Shown: one piece after another, positions 55,201 to 62,000 of the stretch
How positions within the stretch are numbered: position 1 is the first letter of the stretch
How the letters are laid out: each line of letters opens with the position of its first letter
Assembly: GCA_029263175.1 (NCBI GenBank)
Contig: JAJCXZ010000106.1
Span: 5,214 to 69,213, forward strand
Length of the DNA: 64,000 nucleotides
DNA from: Acidimicrobiales bacterium
GTDB taxonomy: Bacteria > Actinomycetota > Acidimicrobiia > Acidimicrobiales > Aldehydirespiratoraceae
Reading direction: 5' to 3'
The notes under the pieces: generated by a model
What the model saw: only the letters and a program-made list of their open reading frames with translations
What the model was told of the DNA's origin: nothing
Database searches by the model: none
Position numbers and translations under genes: made by a program

Positions 55201-55886
55201 TGCCCAGCGGCCAGGTCGAATCCGTCTACAACCAGGCCTTCTACGAAGCGTCCGGCGGCGACGACATGGCTCGTTCGCTGGGCATCGAGCCCGACGCCGA
55301 CGCGTTCGCGACCCGGATGGACCAGGCGATCACCGACGACGTCCATCCCGAGTCGTACAAGAACGTCGAGACGGTCATTGGTGCACCCGGCAAGGAGATC
55401 GGTGACGTTCAACAGGTCGGTCAAGCGTCCGCATACAAGCACGATCACTGGCAGGCACGGGCGGCGGAGTCCAGCGAGAAGGCGGCGGCCGCAGCCGAAG
55501 CGGGCGACGACGCAGCTGCCGCGGCATGGGCGGCAAGGGCTGAGGACGAACACTTCGAGGCAACTCGCCAGCTGGTGAAACAGAACGGCAATCAGGTGGT
55601 GAACCGGCATGCGGCGCTCGCCGCCCAGGTCGAGGAAGCAAAACAGCTGGGCACGCTGGCACCCGACTTCGAACTCAACGCGCTTCCCGACGACCTGCAG
55701 CGGGCGATGGCCTTCATGAACGACTCCAAGACGGTGGGCATGGCGCCCGTCGATGTCGAGATGCAGATGCTGGCCGAGCTGGGGATGACGCCCACCGATG
55801 CGGCACAACGCATGGGCGGCTACCTCGAGTCGATGGAGAAGTTGCGACCGCAGGCCATCATCGATCTACAGCGAGGCCTGCCGTGA
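52266..55886 (+). CDS. Large lipoprotein, polymorphic-toxin-like (locus A), with variable C-terminal domain of unknown function
   Basis: GTGA overlap with the 4-TM gene. Lipobox MKRLLKVAVVLGVLLLLSGC. D/G-rich linker. Hydrophobic AAIAALLGAAGLTAVSMA. The central region is collinear with the locus B protein, including ITPIGDLKDSMDPDKTLGQRL (pre-toxin-TG-like). DA.R helical repeats. Unique last ~390 aa. Confidence 0.75.
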   Translation: MKRLLKVAVVLGVLLLLSGCKVEIDHFFEEDGSSIFQFALGAEIDPDEGESIDCETEAGGEFSASYANLSQRGSETWCTTGIPVDSPVELAYLYASFNEEAEFLRVNCLSVEDGHLIYDIEVLLDSSGVEEGDSLVWRVTAPGAITSTNADSQSGDTVTWNLTRRDGWVSLEVNADDGNCPAAGFALDLVAETPTTGTAFISVAKPTTSSADADALVAALSRAGWQVTDQGSEIDASQTWADEAGLQTIADGLAPITGSDLTVADLSETDGDGNSEFEARLDLSFYEAFWQGINPAIDDPPFRFSWTPPPGDAESTGDWTVPDARTFSWAVSDAGRIFNMATRVTPTEAEDEGEIIVGDESEGDGSDDGGDDPDDAGDGTSDAPGDADDTAAEQAATDVLVDQVAGDDADDATRAATAAAIAALLGAAGLTAVSMAEAGLSLADVADAVRHGDLDRLSSSPPEDEPVPDGGIRIWDQAAGRAQVFDSWADADRFTAELRAREQGGFLRDTADAMDRSRAQGAAADAAELADIRADRAAIDYWTQLVQAREEALERLEAAEAQQAAIADEGWQEVIDDAFDGIVREVDALPGEIRDAAWATRQALDAVAAAIADPDNYDLQVLAETGLETIYDVLGMMSGGAYGDGFESALAPVKTVARVGGALGQMAWNDKGAFFEMITPIGDLKDSMDPDKTLGQRLGHMGFALADIFGTVAGFGLADEAMELGRLAGATDDARHAVDALDAARKTERATDAVQAARNVERTTDLLDTSRDMDRASDAVQAARDAEKATEAAEASLLASRADELVESQRVAETLNPSKYNEATVAARREAWDQVQKEGAEAVADFKKLPADDLARREAALRVQGNKQALMEMKDNGRVSEELQVAFNNEMRGIYNETDDKVIDWLLDPKTRPDGVPELTPPLNEVLDPNGRITHVIDADGNSIRLFEPTNANPDIVSVGADRDFTVYVTGADGVERAVPSGQVESVYNQAFYEASGGDDMARSLGIEPDADAFATRMDQAITDDVHPESYKNVETVIGAPGKEIGDVQQVGQASAYKHDHWQARAAESSEKAAAAAEAGDDAAAAAWAARAEDEHFEATRQLVKQNGNQVVNRHAALAAQVEEAKQLGTLAPDFELNALPDDLQRAMAFMNDSKTVGMAPVDVEMQMLAELGMTPTDAAQRMGGYLESMEKLRPQAIIDLQRGLP

Positions 55887-57514
55887 GCTGGGTCGTGCTC
55901 GACCCATCACCGCAGGTGGCGGCCGCGCTTGCGTTGCCGGACTCGGTTCCCGTGCGCCAGGAACAGCTTGCCGCGATCACGGGCGACGGTCGGATGGACC
56001 TCGGCGCCCTCGCCGACGAACTCCATTACGTCTGCGGCGAGGCGCCGGAGATGGTGCCCGTCCTCGGGGCCGGTATCGCCAAAACCTCGTTCTTCGCCGC
56101 GGGAGACGCCCTCGCCGCTCATGACTTCGCGCGGGCCGAGCTCCACGCCACCACCGGACTGTCGTATCGGCCCGACGACGAACCACTTCGAATGCTGCTC
56201 TCCCACGCCCTGCACGGCCAGGGTCGCCACGATGCCGCCATCGTCCACGGCGACATGGTGGTCGCGAAGGCGCGAGGCGAGGGGCGGATGTCGCCGGCGT
56301 TCTGGCTGACCCATGCTCGAGCGCTGGACGAAGCGGGCCGGTCCGCTGATGCCCTGCCCTTGCTCGAAGATCTCACACCGATGTGGTCCGGACGTGAAGA
56401 CTTCCTCGCCCTGGCCGCTCACATCCGCCGGCGGGCCGCGGAAACACCACCGGCGGAGCCGGCCTCCACACCGGAGACGGCGTCCACACCGGAGACAGGG
56501 TCACGTCGTAGGCGAGCCCCGATGCTCCTGGTGCTCCTGCTGCTGGTCGCGGGTGGCGCTGCAGCCGGCTACTTCCTCTTCGTGACCGATGACGAGGCGC
56601 CCACCGACACGGCTCTACCCTCCGATTCGACCACCGTCGTCCCGACAACAACCTCGCCACCGACCACCGCGGCACCAACCACTACGCCACCGACCACGGG
56701 TGCACCAACAACCGCCGCCCCGACCACAATTCCGACCGTCGTCGTGCCGCCTGTCGCAGGCACGTCGCAGGCAGACGCGACGGCAGCACTCGAAGCCCTT
56801 GGGCTCTCGGTCGAAGCTGTGACAGTCGAGGCCTACGATGCCGGCGTCGGGCAGGTCATCTCGATCGAACCGGCCGCGGGAGCGGAACTCCGCGCTGGTG
56901 ATGTTGTTGTCTTGACCGTGGCGGCGAGGCCGACGGAATGCAACGACGCCCCGGCCGAGATCCCCGCTACTCCATTCGAAGATCTCGCCGGACTCAACGA
57001 CGTGACCCGGGCTGCGATCGATTGGGCCACCGCCGTCGGCCTCGTCAGTCCCGGCACCGCGTTCAACCCGACGCAGCCCATGACCCGCGGTGCGGCCGTG
57101 ACTGTGCTGTGGCGCTACATGTGCGAGCCCGCCGCTACCGACACCCCCGTCGTCTTTGACGACGTGGACCCCGGTGCGTTCTATGCCAAGCCGGTCGCTT
57201 GGGCCACAACTGAAGGTGTCATGGGAGGCACCACGCCGAGCACCATGAGCCCCGACGACTCGATCACTCGTGCGGCGTTCGTCACCATCCTGTGGCGAGC
57301 CCTGGGCGAGCCGACGAGCGACGCCGAGTTGCCATTCGAGGATGTTGATCCGGGTGCTTTCTACGCCGCTTCGTTGCGCTGGGCCTTCGGCGAAGGCCTC
57401 GTTTCAGGAACGACGGCGACCACCTTTGCGCCGAACGAACCGATCGATCGGATCACCACCATCCTCTTGTTCGACCGCACCGAACGGGGCATCGATCCCC
57501 TCGTCGGCGGCTGA
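55883..57514 (+). CDS. Cognate partner (locus A): N-terminal helical-repeat domain + TM + Pro/Thr linker + PASTA + three SLH domains
   Basis: GTGA overlap with the toxin-like gene. The N-domain (DLGALADELHYV...HDFARAELHATTGL..HGQGRHDAAIV) resembles the 58459-59040 protein. TM LLVLLLLVAGGAAAGYFLFV. PASTA VVVPPVAGTSQADATAALEALGLSVE..GDVVVLTV. SLH x3 (FEDLAGLN.., FDDVDPGAFYAKPVAWA.., FEDVDPGAFYAASLRWA..). Confidence 0.7.
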   Translation: MSWVVLDPSPQVAAALALPDSVPVRQEQLAAITGDGRMDLGALADELHYVCGEAPEMVPVLGAGIAKTSFFAAGDALAAHDFARAELHATTGLSYRPDDEPLRMLLSHALHGQGRHDAAIVHGDMVVAKARGEGRMSPAFWLTHARALDEAGRSADALPLLEDLTPMWSGREDFLALAAHIRRRAAETPPAEPASTPETASTPETGSRRRRAPMLLVLLLLVAGGAAAGYFLFVTDDEAPTDTALPSDSTTVVPTTTSPPTTAAPTTTPPTTGAPTTAAPTTIPTVVVPPVAGTSQADATAALEALGLSVEAVTVEAYDAGVGQVISIEPAAGAELRAGDVVVLTVAARPTECNDAPAEIPATPFEDLAGLNDVTRAAIDWATAVGLVSPGTAFNPTQPMTRGAAVTVLWRYMCEPAATDTPVVFDDVDPGAFYAKPVAWATTEGVMGGTTPSTMSPDDSITRAAFVTILWRALGEPTSDAELPFEDVDPGAFYAASLRWAFGEGLVSGTTATTFAPNEPIDRITTILLFDRTERGIDPLVGG

Positions 57515-57553
57515 ACGGGAGCGTTGGCGCAGCGCGGCAGAAGGCGGTCGGGT

Positions 57554-57724
57554 TCAGGTTGCGCTGGCGTCGCTCGCTCCGAACGCCGCCCACCAGCGAC
57601 GGCCGGCTTCCTCCGGTCCGTAGTCGACCCGCAGACGCTCGAAGATGGCGGCCAGAGCTTCCGAGCCCTTGGCTGCGTTGATCGTCTCGATCAACGGGTC
57701 GAGCCACTCGGGAACCGAGCCCAT
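57554..57724 (-). CDS. Possible small protein (56 aa, below the ORF-track cutoff)
   Basis: My translation: MGSVPEWLDPLIETINAAKGSEALAAIFERLRVDYGPEEAGRRWWAAFGASDASAT. Third codon positions are GC-rich. Starts 9 nt after the upstream stop. Confidence 0.35.
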   Translation of the reverse strand: MGSVPEWLDPLIETINAAKGSEALAAIFERLRVDYGPEEAGRRWWAAFGASDASAT

Positions 57725-57733
57725 GACTATGGC

Positions 57734-58114
57734 TCAGCCGTCGATCCGCGAGTTGACCGCCTCGACCAGTCCGTCGAGATCATCGACGGTCACGGTGAGG
57801 GCCGAATGATCGCGGAAACCGATCACTTTCGGTACCCGCTCGGCGAAATGCACGCACACGCCACCGTGGGTGGCCGTGCCGAACGTGAGCCCGTCATCCA
57901 CGAACGACAATCGCATTCCGACGGCCTTGAACCACTGATAGTCGCGCGTCGCGTGACACTCGGTGACGTTGGCGAGCGGCGTCTCCAACTTCTTGCGTCC
58001 GAATGTGGCGGTGAACGTGTCGGCGGTGACGGTCACCCCGTCGTCGTTTCCCACGCCGAACGGCGCCAGCAGCATCCGGTAGCGGCGGTCCAGGCGGTAA
58101 GGGAAGAAAGCCAA
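57734..58114 (-). CDS. Hypothetical protein (126 aa)
   Basis: ORF in an operon-like series with its neighbours. Beta-rich composition, no motif recognised. Confidence 0.45.
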   Translation of the reverse strand: MAFFPYRLDRRYRMLLAPFGVGNDDGVTVTADTFTATFGRKKLETPLANVTECHATRDYQWFKAVGMRLSFVDDGLTFGTATHGGVCVHFAERVPKVIGFRDHSALTVTVDDLDGLVEAVNSRIDG

Positions 58115-58120
58115 GGGGAC

Positions 58121-58438
58121 TCAGATCCCGCCGGCGCTGAGAGCGTTGGCGATGCGGTTGATGGTGGCGACGAGATCGACGTGCTCGGTTTCGAAGCGGC
58201 CGATGGCGTCGGAGACGTGGTCGAGCAGGTTGGGGTCGTCGTCCTCGTCCTCATCGACCTCGGATTCGATGCGGCCGATCAGTGTGGCCAGGCGGTCGCG
58301 GTCGTCGTCGCCCAACCCCTCGCTCTGGGCGATCGTGGCCCGCAATTCGTCGAGCAGCTCTGTCACGTCTTCGTCGTTCACGGCGAATCCTTCATCATCG
58401 GTTTCGCCCAAACGTACAGGCAAGCGCCGTCGGGTCAT
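58121..58438 (-). CDS. DUF4404-like small acidic helical protein
   Basis: ELLDELRATIAQSEGL..LATLIGRIESEV..LLDHVSDAIGRFETEHVDLVATINRIANALSAGGI fits the DUF4404 pattern, including the terminal GI. Confidence 0.5.
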   Translation of the reverse strand: MTRRRLPVRLGETDDEGFAVNDEDVTELLDELRATIAQSEGLGDDDRDRLATLIGRIESEVDEDEDDDPNLLDHVSDAIGRFETEHVDLVATINRIANALSAGGI

Positions 58439-58458
58439 CTGCCCACGGCGGGGCTGAC

Positions 58459-59040
58459 CTACTCGGCCGAGTCAACTCTCGCCAGGAGGCGGGTCAGTGC
58501 TTCTGGCTCGCGCTCCCACGTGCCACGCAGCGGCTCGGCGAGTCGGCGCGCCAGAAGCGGTCGTTCTGCCTCTATCGCGCTCCGCACGGCGAGCACTCGC
58601 AGGCCGGTGGCAACGCCGTGGCTGTCGCCTTCGAGCACTTCCATGTACCCGACCAGTGCATCATCGTGACGCTCGACGCGGGCCTGGGCGATCGAGCGGG
58701 CGGCCACACACTCGAGATCCTGAGGTGCCCACGCCGTGGCCATCGTGGCCAGCCGTAACGCCTCGTCGAATCGGCCCTCGCGATCAGCGATGCGCGACGC
58801 GAACAGCGCCACGCGGGCGAGCGTCGGCGCCTGGTGATACACGGCTTCGCGCCGCGTCTCGGCCGCAAGCACCGCATCGGCCTCATCGGCCAGCGCGGCC
58901 AGATCGACCTTGCCCTCGTCATCCACGACACGACCCGCAGCGGACGAGGAGACGACGAGACGGCGAGCCGGCAGACCCATGCCCTGGGCCAGGGTGCGGT
59001 CGATCTCGATTGCGACGAACCGATCGGCAGCAGCGTTCAT
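58459..59040 (-). CDS. Cognate partner (locus B): soluble helical-repeat (TPR-like) protein, putative immunity/chaperone
   Basis: ATGA overlap with the upstream giant gene. VDLAALADEADAVL...ARVALFASRIADREGRFDEALRLAT.. is similar in layout to the N-domain of the 55883 protein. Confidence 0.6.
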   Translation of the reverse strand: MNAAADRFVAIEIDRTLAQGMGLPARRLVVSSSAAGRVVDDEGKVDLAALADEADAVLAAETRREAVYHQAPTLARVALFASRIADREGRFDEALRLATMATAWAPQDLECVAARSIAQARVERHDDALVGYMEVLEGDSHGVATGLRVLAVRSAIEAERPLLARRLAEPLRGTWEREPEALTRLLARVDSAE

Positions 59041-62000
59041 GATTGGCTCAACCTCGGTAGCTCGTCGAGGCGAGGGCCTCGGCGCAGGACGCCATCGCTG
59101 CCGATCTGAAGGATCATCTCCGCCCCCGACAAATGGGCGTCCTCCAGCGACTCGTGGAGCTTGATCGCCTTCTGATATGCCTCATGCCATTCCGGCGAGC
59201 CGGGTGTGTGCCCCCTGGTGAGGTAGTTGATGACGTCGGTCTCGGGGCCATGCTCAATGCCGGCGCCGCTCTTCTTCAGGTCCTCCATCACCTCGAGGAA
59301 CTTCTCGCCGGAGAGATGGGTGCCATCGGGATTGCGGAGATACACGAGGTCGATATCACCTGCGTACGGGATCTCTCTGCCGCTTTCGCCGACCTGGAAC
59401 AGCATGCCGTTGCGTTCCACGACCTCGCCCCGTAGCACCATGCCGTCGACGTCGCCGCGCAGCTTGTAGTACTCCTCCAAGCGCTGGGCATAGCGTTGCT
59501 GCACCGCCGACTGCAGCTCGGTGGGTACGTTGCGCATGTTGGGCTCGGTCGGGCGGAAATAGCCCACCAGCCCCTCGTCGGCCCGGTTGGCACCGATGTA
59601 GGTGTCGAGGTTGTTGATGGTCTTCGACTTGATGTTCACCGGCTTCGGCACCGCCTTACCGTCGCGAATCCAGTGCATCGAATCCGGATTGGTCGACCGT
59701 GAACCGATCTGGATGTCGTACTTGTTGGCGATGGCGGCGAGTTCGTCGACCTGGGCCTGGCTGTAGCCGACCTCGTGCATGACGTTGCGTTCGATCGCCG
59801 CGCCTTCCGGCAGATTGTCCACCCAGCCGGGTGGCGGCGGCGCGAGATCGTCGGCCACGCGCCCTGCGTCCGCGGCGAGGTCGGCTACCCGGCGCGCTTC
59901 GGTCGCCTCGGCCAACCGACGAGCATTGGCGGCAGCATCCGTTGCCCGGCGCGCGTCCTCGGCGGCTTCGGCCGCCCGGCGGGTATCTCCGGCTGCATCT
60001 GCCGCTCGACGCGCATCTTCGGCGGCTTGGGCTACACGTTCGGCGTCGGCGGCCGCATCGGCAGCCCGCCGTGCGTCGGCCGCAGCATCGGCAGCCCGTC
60101 TTGCGTCGGCCGCGGCTTCGGTCGCTCGCCGTGCGTCCGCGGCTGCGTCGACGGCGCGTAGCGCGTCGACACCTTCGTCCACGTAGCCCGAGCCGAACAT
60201 GAGAGCCTCTGCCGCGAAGGCGGCAAAGTGCTGCATCCGATCATGCAGCGGCAGATCTGGATCCATCGACGCAATGAGCTGGTCGATCCCGGTGAGCGCC
60301 TGCACGATCGCGCCGGCGTTGTCTCGCGCCAACGCGCCGACCGTGGCGATCGTGTCGGCGGCCTGCACGAAATGGTCATACGTCTCCGGGTCTCCGGTTA
60401 CCGAACCGATGAACACGTCGTAGGCCGTGTCCCGCATCGTGTCCCACAGAATTGTGCCCGCGTCTGGATGACTCGCTGCCTCCGCCACGGCATCGAGGGC
60501 GCCGCGCAGCGCGATGCCGATGGTGCGGGTGGTCTCATAGATGCCCTCACCCATGAGGAGGACGGCGTTCTCGTCATCGAGCCGGGTCAGAGCGACGATG
60601 TCGTCCCAGATGCGATCGTTGAACGTGGACGCCACCTCCGCCACCCAGTTGACGGGGTTGTCCCAATAGGTCTGATCGCGGGCAGCTTGCCCGAGGTCCA
60701 AAGCGTCGATGCGCGCCGCGATCTCGTCGTAGCGGTCCTGGGCCCGGCCGAGATCCTCGACCCGTTGCCAGCCGTCACGGATCTCCTGCATCAGCGCGTC
60801 GTGCTCGACCTGGCTTCGGCCCGCGAGGCCGGCGAAGCGCTCAGCCGCGGCCTCGTCGCTCTTGCCCTCGTCGATGATCGATTGCGCCCGCCGATCGCGG
60901 TCCCTGTTCGCATCGCGCTGATCGGCGATGAGTTCTTCGAGTTCGGAGCGCGGCACGCGTCTTCCGCCCCAGTCGTAGAGCCCGTCCTCGCCGGGCAACA
61001 TCGGCTGACCGCGCTCGTCCATCACTGTCACTGCGGCCTCGGCATCGGCCTCTTCGCGCAGCGCGTCGGCCAGGCCGCGTAGTCCGCCGTTGCGGAACGC
61101 ATCGGCCAGTTCCTGGGCCGACATTCCCGCGTCAGCCAATCCGGCCGCCAGCAATCCCGCCGCACCCATGGCCCCGACGAGTGCGGCGATCGCCGCGGCT
61201 CGGGTCTCGTCATCGGCACCCTCGGGTACGAACAGATCGATGGTGTCGGCATCCACGCCGAGCGCTTCGGCCTGATCCTCCAACAGGTCGGCCTCGGTCG
61301 GTGCGGCCGCCGTGGTGGGGACCGGATCCGGCTCGGGCAGGCCAACCTCCCCGAGCAGTTCGGTGGGGCCTGACCAATTCGGGCCCTGCCGGCGCCACGA
61401 TTCGATCAGCGCCGGGATCCGCGGGTCGCTCGGATCGCAGTGATGGCACCGGGCCCTGATCGACCCCCAGCTGAACACGCCGCGGATCGACACGTTGGGT
61501 CCGTCCGCCGTCGCCGTGTCGGTGAAGATGAAGATCTGGCCATCGGCGAGGTCGTAGTTGCTGATCGAGGTGCACTGTTCCTGGTCGGCCCGGTTGACCG
61601 AGACACCGTTCGCATCAACGTCGCAGCGATCGGCCTCGGGAATCTCGTGGGGCTGGAACCGTGTTGTCATCCCGTCGCGTGCGTTCCACTGTTGGTTCAC
61701 ATACGTCGCCGCGTCAGACGACGCAAGGTCGTAGTTGACCTCCATCCGGGTGGCGCCGCGGGCATCGCTGCCGTAGACCATCCCCGATGTGCAGTTGGTG
61801 GAGTGGGGGTCGATGTAGAGCTTGGTGATCGTGTCGGCGTCTACGTCGCCGGGCTGCCAGCTGCCGTCGTCCATACCGGCGACCACGTTCTGATATGGCG
61901 CACATGACCCCGCCGGCGCCTCCGGCGGTGGGGGAGCGGCGGCGAGCGCCTCGTCGATCGTGAACCCGTCGATGTCGCAGTCGACCACCACGTCGGCGAG

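Noticed and set aside
56086-56108. An extra occurrence of CTCGTTCTT (ctcgttcttcgccgcgggagacg).
   Set aside because: It lies inside the coding sequence of the 55883 gene (KTSFFAAGDA), lacks the GRGAA-N3-GTC continuation, and is not intergenic. It is probably a chance match.
59850-60160. Regular 30-nt periodicity that could be mistaken for a CRISPR-like array.
   Set aside because: The units are contiguous with no unique spacers, they are in frame inside a long ORF, and they encode a helical repeat.
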